Positions 1-13,953 of a stretch of 64,000 bases of DNA are shown here, piece after piece. Each line of letters begins with the position of its first letter. Positions within the stretch are counted from its first letter, which is position 1. Source of the DNA: Diadema antillarum (taxonomy: Eukaryota); assembly GCF_040938485.1 (NCBI RefSeq), contig NW_027272820.1, positions 310,001-374,000 on the forward strand, read 5' to 3'. The notes under the pieces are model-generated. The model was not told the DNA's origin, made no database searches, and was given only the letters and a program-made list of their open reading frames with translations. The translations under genes and the position numbers were made by a program.

Positions 1-1252
1 GAAGTGGAGTGTGACGAGTACACATTTGAAGCCATTTCTGCTCAGCTCCGCTTGGCCACGAGCTTGCTTGCAACTTGATGGTACAATGCCGATGGGAACC
101 TGTTGCCTCAGCTCAGTTACTTCAAAATGTTTTTGACATTGGTAGCATCAGATCGAGCACACTGTGTAATGGCAGACTGGCACTCTTTCTCGATGAATGA
201 GCCAGGAATTCAGTGAAATGCTAACGTTATAACTTAACAATGAAATAAACGACTACGAACACCAAAGTTGTTCAAATCAAGTAAGGACTCGACTGCTGTC
301 AGTGTTTAACCTGTAAAGAGTTAGGTGATGTGTTTCAACTTGCAGTGCAACTGTTGTACAAAACCTGACTACTTAATGTATCGCAGAAGTAAAGCAATAC
401 ATAAAAGAGGTTGTCATCAGACATCAGAGCAGAGTCGACACGACACCCAGACAGGCTAGGTTGGATGACCACACTCCCTCGGCCTCAGCAGAGCAGCAGG
501 CAAGGGTACACGGCGCGCCGATACACCGACACGACCTCCTCTTACCCCGAAGTGGAGTAGGGCAGTACCTGGTTTATCTGCCTCAGGTATTCGCAACTGG
601 GGCTGCTGGTGTACACGGCGGAGCGCACATGTGACACATATAACGCCTGTTATCTAGAACGAACGCCCCAGTCACCAAATTCACGAACAAACTTAGGACT
701 ATCCTATTTAAAAGGGGTTTGTCGTTTTATTATATTATCTTTTGAACTAATGCTGCCTTCGCCAAGACCAAAGATCCCCGACGTATGTTACAGCATTGCC
801 ATTATACAACATATATTGTGCGACTTTGCATGTTGATTAATTGTTTTTTTTCACGACAAAAAAATACAATTTAAGGTGGACACACGATATCACCCCTACG
901 TAAATAATAAACTAGTCTGAACAATATCGGGAGTAAACAAATGACCTCTCCTCCACAGTACGGCATTATTGTGACTTGCTTCCACTTCAGTCTTCTGTAA
1001 ATGGTAACGACTAAATGCAGCAGAGAGCAGAGGCTAGATCAGTGTGCAAACACTGCCAGTGCAAGACAAGTTTGATAAGATTCATAAAGTGATCCGTCTC
1101 AGAGGTGGAATCCTGATGGATGAAAAGAGCAAGGGAATGCAAGGAGCTAGGGGTTCCGTGTCTGTTGTGATGCATCATATAGGTTATCCACTGAGTACCC
1201 TCATGGGCCTCACAAAATATGATATATTACTAGTAGTATATCACGCGTAGTA

Positions 1253-1434
1253 CAGTGGTGGATCCAGGGGGGGGGGGGGGGGGGGGGCGCAACCGGCGCA
1301 CGCCCCCCCCCTTTATTTTTCGTAAAAAAACAAAAGAAAATAAAAAGAAAAACAATGAAATGAAACCCGGAAGTGGCATCAGAAATATTAGTCACGCCCC
1401 CCCCCCCTTTACAGAATTCCTGGATCCGCCCCTG
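1253..1434. mobile_element. Short non-autonomous TIR element (CAGTGGTGGATCC...GGATCCGCCCCTG) with poly-G/poly-C tracts
   Basis: Imperfect terminal inverted repeat; no clear TSD; a related end occurs at ~31737. Confidence 0.55.
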
Positions 1435-1741
1435 CAGTATATCATTATGTAATAGGCCTACACTCGCATATAATAATCGAATACACACGGACTACACTCA
1501 TCAGATAGTAATTTGTAAGCACAAATGCGCACATGAACGTACACGCCCTCTCACAAACACACACACACTTTTTTTCACAAGTCTTTATTTGATTTCTACA
1601 ATTTCACACGACAAAAAAATCATCTTGAATGTATACACACAATGTAGTCCACAATCAGCAATGTTTGATCAACTAAAAAAAAAAAAAGAAAGATAAATCA
1701 GTGCGTGACCCGAAATACATAAGACCTACAGCTTACATTAA

Positions 1742-2205
1742 AGGGATTGTACAGTTTTGGTTGAGACCTAATTTCAGGTTTCTAACATTTTTTGGTGGGA
1801 TAATGAGAAACATCTTATGAAATATGAAAGAGCATGTAACTAGCATCGTCGGCCTCATGCCAGAAGGGCCCTAACAGTGTACAAAGTTTATGGTGTTAAG
1901 GCCCTTCTGGCATGAGGCCGACGTTATGAGGAATTCAACATTTATTTGATAAAAATTGGTTTTGAAATGGCTGAGATATCCCTAAAAGAGTAATTCTAAT
2001 AAAGTGTGGGACCCACACTTTATTACAATCGCTTTGTTTTACTATGTTTTTGGATGTTTCAGTCATTCCAAACCCGATTTTCATCAAATAAACTTTGAAT
2101 TCCTCTTAAAATGGTATGTTCTGTACAATATCATAAATGTTTTCTTGGTATCTTGCAAAAAGTTAATAGGCCAATTCTCATCTCCACCAATACTGTACCA
2201 TCCCT
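1742..2205. mobile_element. Kolobok-type MITE
   Basis: TTAA at 1738-1741 and 2206-2209; TIR AGGGATTGTACAGT / AGGGATGGTACAGT; same family as 57441-57826 and 63192-63576. Confidence 0.7.
1847..1923. repeat. Small hairpin insert inside the Kolobok-type MITE
   Basis: CGTCGGCCTCATGCCAGAAGGGCC and its reverse complement; absent from the paralogue at 57441. Confidence 0.7.
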
Positions 2206-2483
2206 TTAAGTACATAGACTTACACGTATATAGCTTCCCAAAAACAAAAATACCCTCCCTATATACCTGCCCTCTTACCCAGCCCCCCTCCCATGCAGTA
2301 CCAGGGTACCCGCTCACATCCCAATTCCTGCACTTCCATAAAGCATTTTTAATCATACAAATCCCAAAATATATTCATATCCTGTTATCATCTCAAATCA
2401 TGATAGGCATTAGCCTAATAGAAAGTAGCAGAAAGAGTAGAAAGAAAAAAAAAGACTATGTGGGTAAGCCACAGCGAAAAGAA

Positions 2484-3013
2484 CACTGCAAAAAGTCCAG
2501 TGTTAAATAGTGAACACCGAGCTGGTGTTACATTTTCGGTGCTCATTTATGGTATAAATTAACACCTCCGGGTGTCATTTCCAAATTTTAAACTGTTTTT
2601 TGAAGAGTTTCTTAGTAACTGCACTTCTTGTTGATTTTTAATTTAAACAAGACGATCAAGAATTTTACATTAAAATACCAGATTTTTGAAAAAATGTGAA
2701 AATAAATCTACACAAAAGTAACACCAGCTGGTGTGGTCTCTTATTGAAGCTGGACGGGTATTAAACCACTGATATTAACACCAACAAATATCAAATCAAC
2801 ACCATGTGGTGTCATTTTTGAATTAACACCAGTACAGTGTCAAAATAACACCAGGTACAGTGTCAAATTAACACCACGAAGTGTCAGGTGAACACTTTTC
2901 AACACCATCACAGTGCATTTTCAACACCTGTGGGTGTGGTCCTTTATTGAAGTTTGATCGGTGTTAGATTTAACACCCGTGGTGTTAAATCTAACACCGA
3001 TGTTTTTACAGTG
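2484..3013. mobile_element. CACTA/EnSpm-type non-autonomous element
   Basis: CACTGCAAAAA ... TTTTTACAGTG termini, AA on both flanks, many internal AACACC/GGTGTT subterminal repeats. Confidence 0.65.
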
Positions 3014-5501
3014 AAAATACAGACGTTTGAGCCTAAATAACAATATATTATCATGTGGGTTGAAGGAATACGGCAGTATTCCTAGAACACATAAGTAAAT
3101 TTTGAGGAAAATCGGACAATCTACTAAAAAGTTATCAATTTTTATAGTTTATGTGCCGCCGCCATCGCCGGATGAGAAGACTACAATGGTTGGTGACGTA
3201 CCTACGGGACAGTATTACAGAAACTAATGCTAAATCATAGTTTTCAAAAAGGGCTAAAAATTCACCTTCAAATATTTAGAATTTGTGTGGAGTATACATG
3301 CATGATCAAAAATGTCTACCAGGAAACTTGTCTTCATGGATGACGCGATTTGCCAGGATAGAGTTGTTTGCGAGCTGGGAGTATTTTGAGATCAAAAGTG
3401 TAACATGATTTAGATCGCAGTATAATACCAGTAGAGCCCTCCCGGTTCAGTTGTGGAAAGGTAGAATGTTACGTGATGACCGACCGTACATGCCATATAT
3501 TATAGAAATTTGCCACTCTGAGGTTGAGACCTATGCATATTCGTTTTTGATTGAGAAAAAGTCAGTCATCTCTGGATATTGTGCTGTCAATGCTTTGTTA
3601 TACCCCAGCAGAATTTAGATTGGCAATCTGTTCATGTAACAATTAAGGTAGACATTGAAATACAGGGTATTGAAAAAACGTTCAACTTATAAACAATTAG
3701 ATATTATTGATGAATTATATTTGAATTTTCGAAGAGAAAGAATTGACAGGCCCCGGTTGGTAATGGAAATAGACAATCGAGAAGAGGTAAGAAAATTAGC
3801 AACGAAGCGAGGGACGCTGCATGCATGGCTCTGCACAGCAGGAAATGGAACCAATTATTTTTAAATGGATATGATAACACGGTAATCTTTTACTCGATAG
3901 CTATATCTGCCATTTTACATGATTGTTGTGTTGATGGCGTATGTGTTCATCAGTGAGCATAATGATATCTATTATGTACACATCTGTTCTGTATGTTATG
4001 CTTGTGTAGGTAAAAGACAGAATCTCCAAAACTCGGAGCTTTGAATATCTTGGAGAGGCTTAACATCCCGCACACAAACCGCTGGAATTGAACAATATTC
4101 TGTGCGTGCCCTTAATTCTATACTCCATGTTCAAAATGCCTCTGATGAAGTGAATCACTCGCAGTAGCACTTCCATTTGATTCTAACAAAAATTATTAAA
4201 AACCTAGAAACGTTTTGATGAGTTAGAATAGTCTTTCATTGTTTTCGTAGAACATTGATATGGTCAGGGTCACACACAAACATACCAGGAGGTAATGATG
4301 AGGCTTCCGTTTGTTTGCAAATAAAAATCTTGACTGAATATACACAAATGTTATTAGTGTGGTGTGATCTCGCCCTGATAGTCTTGCACCTGTATATCCA
4401 CATCGAGCACATAAAACAACTTTGCACCTGGTCTGTACCATTGCACCTGGTCTGTACTTTGATCTTAATGTGCATACGAATGACTTGTACAATTAATATA
4501 TGAAAGTTTAAAATTTATTATTTGATATATAGAATTTATGAGTTCAAACATGCACCACATGCGTGCAGACGCATGAACAAAGTGCATCGTGAGCCTCGTC
4601 CCAGGTGAAACCATTCTCTTCTCACCTCCGAGTCCGTGCGACTGACAAAGTACACGGCTATTTACTACCACCCATTTTCCGATAGATAAAAATCAATTTA
4701 CCTGTTATACAATGTCATTCTTCGATGGATTAACAATCGGTCGATCTAGTACCTAAACTATTTGTAAGCTATAGCATGGTTATCGATCACAGTTTAATTC
4801 GAGTTCAACGTAGGATAGCACATCCTGTCTACACCTGAAATCGATCGACAAACGTCGTCTGGTTTTGAGAGTAGTCGATGCGTGGATCAGTCGACATTAT
4901 CTAAGCATCATGACAAGCAGTGTATAACTAATCGCCTAGATTGAGATGTCAACCAGCTCTGACTGGCTAGCGTCTTAATACCTGGTCTGCTTTGAAAGAC
5001 AGTTTGTCATTTACACAATCATGTAGAGTAAACGCAGGTAACACCACATCACTAAGTCTTCATACAATATCGTGTGTATTTTATCTTTGCGATTACCGTC
5101 TATAAAGAATTGCCAAATAACAATCTGTGTGATATTATAGGGGTTAAAGTAGAACTGCGACTGTGTGTGCCCATATCAGATTGTGATTATCTGTAAGACA
5201 CACAGATTTCAGATAGATGAATAAGCGTAAGATATCTCTCTGCTGTAAAAGAAAAAAAAAACGGAAAGAAAAGAAGAAGAAGAAGAAGGAGGAGGTTCTC
5301 TCAAGACCAGGAAGAAAGAATACAATGTATACTCTATCGCTATTTTAAAGCGTTTTCCTTATTTGAGACCTCAGTTATCGCGCTCCGCGAATGGTTTAAA
5401 AAAGTGACTTTGTGTATATATGTTGATAAGCAATGGTACTGATACTATAGGTACAGGACTCGCACGGTGAAGGCCTGTTTCATCAACAATTTTGTCGTGT
5501 T

Positions 5502-5506
<5 letters not shown>

Positions 5507-5546
<40 letters not shown>
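5507..5546. repeat. (GT)n microsatellite
   Basis: Direct reading. Confidence 0.95.
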
Positions 5547-5549
<3 letters not shown>

Positions 5550-5761
5550 GTTTTGTTTTGTTTTTCTTTTTTTTGTCTATAACTGTAACTACCTTCAGAA
5601 AGTTTATCTGCACCATAATCAGCATTTGCACAAAGGGGTTTTGAAGGCATACCCTATACATTATGGCTATGGTCACCCCCCCCCCCCCATACACGCACAC
5701 GCGTACGCACACACACGCGTCTTCAGTCTAAAAATGACATGAAATGAAATAAAATAAAATG

Positions 5762-6801
5762 AAACTAGAAGTGTCACTATGGCGACTGGTATGCCTCCGC
5801 CATAATGCAAGGTTCTCCCAAAAAGTCTATGGTTCGTCTTGACAATGTGTGACGACAGTTTCATACTATAATTGGCAAATATTTAAAATGACATGTTTGT
5901 CAAAAATGTGTTGCTTGTTCACTTTCCTTGCAGTATAGGTTTAACTGGAGCAATGGCTGATAATAGTTTTACATTGGGTAATCCCCAAGGTAATATGTAG
6001 AAAAGTATAATTTCAGCATTGTATAGTAAAATTTCAGCATTTTAGCCTGACCCATGGAATCACTGTCAGGCAGTAAATGCATAGATATGTACTAAGTTTC
6101 ATGACCCAATACCTTGAGCCACTTCCAAGATATATGGCGGAAGAAGTGAAAGTTAGCATTTTGCTTGACCTTTGACCTTTTGAGCTTTGACCCTTTGGTC
6201 AAAATTTTCACAGAGCATCTCTATTGGGTAATACATAGGTTTTCAGAGCATACCTTCAGGCATTGTATAAGGGGGAAATAATTGAATTTCGAGGAATTGA
6301 CCTTGATCTTTGGCCCTAATGACCCCTAAATTCCCAAGAGAATCACTGTCAGGCAGTACATTCATGCATACTATGTAAGGGAGTTCCATGAAGAAACCTT
6401 GAACCATTTCTGAGATATAGAGAAATAAGTGAAATTTTTGCACTTTCACATGAACTTTGAACTTTGACCTTTGTCCTCATGGCCCAAAATTTCCTCTAGC
6501 GAATCGTTATCGGGTAATACATGTATAAACTAAGTTTCTAAAAAATACCTTCAGGTATGGGGGAAATAGTAGAATTTTGAGCATTTGACCTTGACCTTGA
6601 GCAAAATTATGCAACCATAAGTTGATATACATGTCAAGATTCATTAGGATACCTCAGACGTTTGTTGTTGTTGTTGTTTGGATTTTTTTTTTTTATAGTT
6701 ACGCTGTCCACAAAATTGATTACGGACAGACAGACGGACGGAAGAACGGACAACCCGAAAACATAATGCTCCGACGACACTTCATGGCGGAGGCATAAAA
6801 A
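5762..6801 (+). mobile_element. Helentron-associated (HINE/DINE-like) non-autonomous element, copy 1
   Basis: 5' AACTAGAA...ATGCCTCCGCCAT; 3' ATGGCGGAGGCAT sub-TIR within a terminal stem-loop; (GACA/GACG)n near the 3' end; central TGACCTTTGACC-rich tandem repeats. Confidence 0.65.
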
Positions 6802-6871
6802 TGGGGGGGGGGGGGGGGTAAACCCTGCAATGCCCCAATAGGAGAAATACCGAGTATGGCCGTCCCATGGG

Positions 6872-7076
6872 ACTTTTCCTTTTAATCAAGCGTTCGACCT
6901 GTCATGGCCTTCATCAGGATAGAACACATTATAATATAATTGTTGTCTGTAGTATGCGTTTGTGTAATGTGTGCACACATTACACAAACGCATACTAACA
7001 GACAACAATTATTTTATAATGTGTTCTATCCTGATGAAGGCCATGACAGGTCGAACGCTTGATTAAAAGGAAAAGT
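6872..7076. repeat. 205-bp near-perfect palindrome; each arm carries a hammerhead-like CTGATGA core (possible Penelope pLTR relic)
   Basis: Arms are reverse complements around GTGCAC at ~6974 with one indel and one mismatch seen; CTGATGAAGGCC-ATGACA-GGTCGAACG at 7031-7057. Confidence 0.8.
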
Positions 7077-9089
7077 AGAGAGCAACGTCCGCCTCAAATT
7101 GGATTTTGAAATATTATAACATACAATTGATAATAGTACATAACTCCAGAAATGCTCAATATGTTGTCAATAACAACAATTTATTTGAAGAACACACAAC
7201 AACTCGGGCACCCTGCCCTTTCAAGTGATATTGATTCAAAGCCAGCCTGCCTTTTGTTGGAATTAGTTACTTGCTATAGTGTGGAGGCGTATGACCAGAA
7301 GTGACCCATAATGTCAGCGAGAATCAAAGCGGACAGACTGCGTGGGCAGTCATTGTAGACGATCATTATTCACAGAATAAAGGTAAACAAACATAACTAT
7401 TAGCCATTCTGCATTGCACTGTCTGAGTGTGATAGGTGAATCTAGACAATAATAGATCAAAAATAGTAACAGCGGATGTGTAATGAGATTGCGACAAACA
7501 GCGTCTATCGTGTTTTGCTTTCTGTCTACCCCCCCCCCATGTGTCAATTTGCACAATCAATACACAAGACCGTATATGATAATTCTTAATCGTAATCATA
7601 CGTTTGTGCAATGACAATGTCATAATGATTGCAGTACGGGTAAACCGTCTTAATACACTTACAGTAGACAAGACAGTACAGTACAGACAACTAATTGGTG
7701 TCTGTAAAACTGTTCGGGATAACATTACACTCTTTATCATAATGTGGTCTTTCCCCTTTTGTCGAGAATAAATAAAACAGTTGAAAATAACATTCTTTAA
7801 AAACATACATACACATTCAAGTCATCATCAATTCCTTCTGTCCTTTGATACTATTAGGTGTATACAATGTATGTTTAGTTATCCTGGTCTTTCTCTAACC
7901 GGGTTTTCCGACAGCAGTTGTTCCTTTTAATTTCCCTTTCATTATAGTTTACTCAATGGGTTAGTTTGCTAAGTGCAAGCACTTTCAATTGAGAAGGCCC
8001 TGTAGTAGCTACCCTTTGTTGCGGGGTATCAGTATCTCAGTCGATTCATCATTTATTTATTTCATTTCCACACTGGCACTTGCTTCAACCAAAGACTGTT
8101 TTGTTTTTCACGGTCCGTGCATCTTAAAAACAGTTACATGATATATTATGGCACACAGAGAAACATACAGTATAACTATATCATACAAAACAACGTGAAA
8201 TATATACATGTAATTAGAGAACACAAAATAACATCGAAAATATAACATCGGCATTTAGGTTTAAATGCTACAAACCACAATCCCTATATACACCACCCCA
8301 AACGCACGATGACCATCCCTATACGCAAGATCATTCGTGTTTGAACTTTCACTCACAAAAAATAAACAACCCATGTACACAAAGCATATATTATAAGTGA
8401 TGAATCTACGACTAAAACCAGTCTCATTGAATGACAATTATACATCCAACTTAAATCTGGTGACATGTCTTTCAGATTCCAGGCAATCGATTCCATTCTT
8501 TGATTCAACGAAATAAAAATAGCATTTTCTCTTGTGGGCAAAACGTCATGTCTAAGGATTACTAGTATGCACATGCCCAGGGCAGGATTCGAACCCAAGG
8601 TCTTTTGCCTCTAAACAGGTCAAAAGCCTCGTGGCCGTGTTAAGGGTTAGCATCTAAAATTAGTTTCAGGGGCATTATTCTTCTTCTTCCTTATCTCTAT
8701 TGCAAAGCACCCTTAGTAGATACATGACAGGTGATTATCAGAGAATAATGATAATATCTATGTGTGACTTACGATTGTATTCAAAAGATGGGATACACCT
8801 GCGGTGACTTGTCTAAAATGTTCATTTGCTAAAATTGATGATCTGAAAGCGGAATTCTAATCCATCATCTAGAAGACTTCGCAGATAGAGTAAAAAAAAA
8901 AGGACGAACAAACCCGTGAAATTTTAATGAAATCGGATTAAAAAGTTACAGAATGGCAAAAATTTCATAGAATCAGACGTACTGTTTTCACAAAACGCAG
9001 ATATCGGTTGCAAACAATACGCAAGTGAAAATGTCCAATATCATTCTCCCACTGATTTGATCACACATGAAAATACCCAATCAGTATAA

Positions 9090-9520
9090 CCTTAGCCAGT
9101 TGGTGAAACCGGTGGAGGTTGTAGGATGCTTTCATGATGAGGTGAAAAAGAAAAGATTGAATTAGGAGGTCATGAAAGGTCGAATGTCATATGGGTCATA
9201 AAGGACATAAAATAAGTTTAATCTCCCAATAACTCAAGAAAGGATGATCGGATTTTCACACAACTTGCAGAGTGGGTTCCTAATGAAGAAAAACATAATT
9301 ATTTTGATATGGGATCATAAGGTCAAAGGTAATAAAGGACATATAAAATGATATCAATCTCCCAATAACTAAAAAATGGATGATCAGATATTCACTAAAT
9401 GCATTGTGTAGATGTCCCTATATACCTCCATGTTTATATTGAATATACTGCCTCCGAAATGGCGATATTGTAATCATGGTTGCTTGGCGGAGGTCTGCTC
9501 TCTCGGAGTGCTCCTCTGGT
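9090..9520 (+). repeat. Second HINE-like interspersed repeat family (partial)
   Basis: Ends in TTGGCGGAGGTCTGCTCTCTCGGAGTGCT; internal AAGGTCA repeats; boundaries approximate. Confidence 0.4.
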
Positions 9521-9934
9521 AATATCTCTGTCGATGGTAGTGACAGTGACAACTCTTCCTACCTATATACAATTCTCCAATACCCAGGTTTTGCATCTCT
9601 ACAATAATTTGATCAGAAATATAAAATCCATACTTTTGTAGTTTCTTTAAAAAGGGGGATATCAGAGAAATTTATGTGTGACAGGTCGATATAGGCTCAT
9701 CCCGCAGTCATTGTCTGCTCTGATCTGCACAATGGGTTATTACCATTACAACTGCTTCGTGAAAACATGTAAAATTTAGATTGCCTGGTCTCGATCCCGT
9801 TTCGATCGAATCAGGACATTTCTTGATTATGATTAAATCTAATTTATTAAAAGGAGGCGATCTGAACACCAAGTAAAGCTTCACTTAAAGAAAAAGAATG
9901 ACTGCACAGGGCAAATTTTCTTGACTATAGATAA

Positions 9935-11125
9935 AACTATAGAAATGTCGCTATGGCGACTGGTATGCCTCCGCCATAATGCATGGTTCTCCTAATAATA
10001 GGTCTATAGAACACTGTCTTGACAATTGTGTGATGACAGTTTCACTTAATTGGCAAAATATTTAATGTGACATATTTGTCACAAATGTGCTGAATGTTCA
10101 CTTTCCTTGAACTAGGTTTAATTGGATGAATGGCTAAATTGTCTAAGAGTGCATGTTGGGGATTTGAGATTTTTTACTTGACTTTTGACCCTTTTACAAG
10201 TTTATGCATTGAGTAATTTTCAAGGTATAGAGAAAAGGTGTAATTTCAGTATCAAATGGTAAAACATTAGCATTCAAACCTGGCCTTTGACCCTTGACCT
10301 TTGACCTTATGACCCTATGACCCTAAAATTCCCAGGAGAACCACTGTCCGGTAGAACATGCATAGTATGTATTATACGACGTTCCATGATGATACCTTGA
10401 GTCACTTTCGAGATATGAAGGAAGAAGTGAAATTTAGCACTTTCACTTGACCTGTGATGTTTTGACCTTTGTCCTTTTGTCAAGAAACTCCCACAGAATC
10501 TCTATTGGGTAATACATGTATATATTAAGTTTCAAGAAAAATCCTGCAGGCATTGCATAAATATGAGAGAAGTAGTGACATTTTGAAGAGTTGACCTTGC
10601 ATTTGACCCATGACCTTTGACCCATGACCTTTGGCCCATGATTCCAAAATTCCCTAGACAATCACTGCCAGTCAATACATGCATATATACATGTACTAAG
10701 TTCCAGGGAGATACCTTGAATCATTTGCGAGATAAGGAGAAAAACGTGAAATTCGGAGAAAAACGTGATATTTCAACATTTTGACTTGACCTTTGACCTT
10801 TGACCTCATAACTCGAAACTCTCTCTAGAGAATCTTTATTTGGTAGTACACATATACACTAAGTTTCAGGAAAATACCTTCAGGCATGGCATGGATATGG
10901 GGGAATTGACCTTGACCTTTTGACCTTTGACCTTGAGCATGTGCACCTTAAAGTTGATAGGCACAACTTTGCCCACTCATATATACATGCCAAGTGTCAT
11001 TAGGATACCTCAAACCGTTTCTTAGTTACGCTGTCCACAAAATTGATTACGGACAGAAGGACAGACGGACGGACAACCGGAAAACATAATGCCTCCGGCA
11101 CCACTTCGTGGCGGAGCCACTAAAA
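9935..11125 (+). mobile_element. HINE-like element, copy 2
   Basis: Same 5' end (AGAAATGTCGCTATGGCGACTGGTATGCCTCCGCCATAATG), GACG microsatellite and 3' GTGGCGGAG sub-TIR as copy 1. Confidence 0.65.
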
Positions 11126-13906
11126 CAAGAAACACACGCACATAAATCAAATCACACAAAAGACAAGATGTTATGAAAAATTTGGGGATAACCATCATTT
11201 GTGGATATTTTTTCCCTTCCCATATTGCTATAAAGATAACGATGAGACTAATCAATATCGCTTATGTAGCGCATAACAAAGTGTACTTTGTTCCTATGCG
11301 CTCAAGAAAAGGAAAGGCTATTTGAAGACTATGATAGTTAAATAAAAATTGCAATTGTGGGACATATAGATAGGTACCATTTCCGTCCTCAGAAATAACG
11401 AGCGAAATTTGCCTTACAATATACGCGTATATACGCATTATTGTTGTTTCTTAGCACCCTCATGCTTTACAAAACAGACTGAGCGAGCATTGGTTTGATT
11501 ATAAGGTATTGAATGCGAGCATTTCATCATTGTAAGTTACGAGGTATCAATCAGTCTATCTATATTTTGATTGATTCATAATTATTCGGGCTTGGAGGCA
11601 TGTAGGAAATGTCTTTAACATCATGCTCACATGAAGTGGTTAAAATAATGACATAAACGACATAGATGGAAAGTTTCTGCAAGAGGCGAGTGCGCGGAAA
11701 TTTTACAGAGGTTTTGCCATTGGCAATAGGCAAGGGCTGAAGCAATTGCTTCAAGTTATTGTTGGTCCCTTGACAATAAGGAAGCAACTCTATTAACCCC
11801 AAATTCCGTAGGGAAACCATGGTAACACAAAAAGTGATATCGGCCCAGAATTGCTTCCATTATCACGCTTATTCGCTGTTGAGGTTGAGTGTGAGGGCTG
11901 GCATGGAATTCATGTGGGTGGAAGGTGAAGATAAAGTATCAGCGATTTATGAAGGAATTATCCTACAATTTTGTGCCAGTTGAACTTATTTTCACCGACT
12001 GAGTGAAGAACTGGCAAAGGCTAAAAAATAGTGATGGTCAACATTAAGACAACTGACATTGCGTCTAATCATTCATGATTTCATCTATATGACTGTCTTG
12101 TGTCATGTTATGATTCGATAGAGGATCAATGATGAGATATTCATCGGAATGCCAATCGCATGAAAATCATAAATCGTAAATAAAACGAATATTTCAGCGA
12201 ACTGCGGAATAGGTGTGCATTTACTTCTTCTCCTGTCCGTGTTTGAATAACGACTTAAAAAACTGTCCCTTTCCAGTCGCGCTATACAGTACGGTCGATA
12301 ACAATTAAATGTTGCACAAGTGAATTAAGTTTCCTATATTCATTACATGACAAGGAATATAAAAGGGCAACTATACCTATGTTGAAGGAATATGGACAGT
12401 GATACGATGCATACATTGTTTTTAGTTGCAACTATTATGACCAATCAAATGCGATGATAAATTTGAAACGGTGCCGTTAACTTTAAAAATATAAATCAAT
12501 CAATCAATAAAACGAAATAAAACAAAACAAAACAAACAAACAAATAATTCTTTATATCACGGTTTGTGGACTTTAATAGATAAGTATATATCTTTTTATG
12601 GATTTCCTTTGGTGAAATAATAATAAAAAATAATCTTCGTATTTTGTACGTTCCTGAGTGAAGTGATTGCAGGGGCATTTGAGATCTTAGTCAGTTAGTG
12701 AAGTAGGTAAAGTGCTGTCCTGTCCCAGTCAAACGATCATAACGTGGTCGCTTGCCAATTTTCAAAGAATCACACGGTATGCAGATCTAATAAAGTATTT
12801 GTCTCCGTAAATATGTAAGTCTTCACCATAGCCATATAGCAACATTTGCGTCGAATACAATACGCGATACATTACTGACAGCATCTATATAGTGAACGCA
12901 GCAAATGGAGCGATTACAGTATCTATACCAGTAAAATCTAAATGCATAGCGGATTGGTAGTGCTGTATGACATCATACCAGTGAGCCTGATTTACACACA
13001 ATATTCAAAATTTTTTCGTGGCAGATGTTAAACTTTGTTCAAAATACCAACTGCTAATATATACTTCATAGGATCCTTTGTTTGTTTGTTTTTTCATTCA
13101 CTAAAAAACAAAACAAGCAAACAAACAAAAAAACCTGATTCTCTCGAGCTGATCATCCCATAAGCTATTGCACACAAGAAGCATACTTTCGGCAAAACAC
13201 CCTTCCCTCATTATATGCTTAAGGCTAAATTATGTCAGAAATCAAAATGTTTGCGGGAAACTGTCACATGAAGTCACAAGAATATAAAATCCAACTTCAT
13301 GTATTTACCTCTGGCAATGTTACTTTTGATATCTTTATCCCTCCTCCCACCCTCAGACGCGAACACAAACACAAACACACCTACCGCCCGAGTCTCTGAC
13401 GTATAAAGTAGCTAATGGCTTTTGCCATTTGGTCTTCATGTATTTTGGTCTTTCCCCCATTCCACTGTAATAGAAGAACTAGTATAGAGGTTGGGACCTA
13501 ATGGTCGAGGATGAACGTGTAGGGTCACAAGGTTAGTAGTTTGGATTAGGGCTAGGGTCGAGGATCTGGAGAGGTATTACGGCTGGGATGAAATAAATAC
13601 TTTCAGACATGCTTTGTCAGACGAAGTGGAGATTAGACCGAGTGGCATTAAGTAAGGCCGAGGCCTATAGCATTTCTGCTCACTACCAATCTTGTTCGCG
13701 AGTGTAAAATGGCAAAAAATCAGTAGGGCCTATAATACTCGACCAAGAGATCGGTCTTTATCTTTTCGTCGGAAATATATTACGCGGAGACTGCGTCTGG
13801 CTTCACGAAATCACCTCCGTGGAGGGCCGTTTAAAGAAAACAAACAAACAAACAAAGATAAAACAAAAACAAAACAAAACAGAGAACTCCGGACAGACTT
13901 TTTTTT

Positions 13907-13953
13907 CCTTCTTCTTCTTCTTCTTCTTCTTCTTCTTCTTCTTCTTCTTCTTC
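13907..13953. repeat. (CTT)n microsatellite
   Basis: Direct reading; explains the spurious poly-R/poly-L/poly-F ORFs. Confidence 0.95.

Noticed and set aside
520-620. GGCAG...CTGCC hairpin region as an HDV-like or twister ribozyme
   Set aside because: Could not build the required pseudoknot helices by eye
2004-2510. 168-aa ORF
   Set aside because: Runs through a MITE and AT-rich flank; no coding signal
8570-8610. GGTTCGAATCC B box as a tRNA gene (also ~33045-33115 and 48722-48800)
   Set aside because: No complete cloverleaf; best explained as SINE fragments
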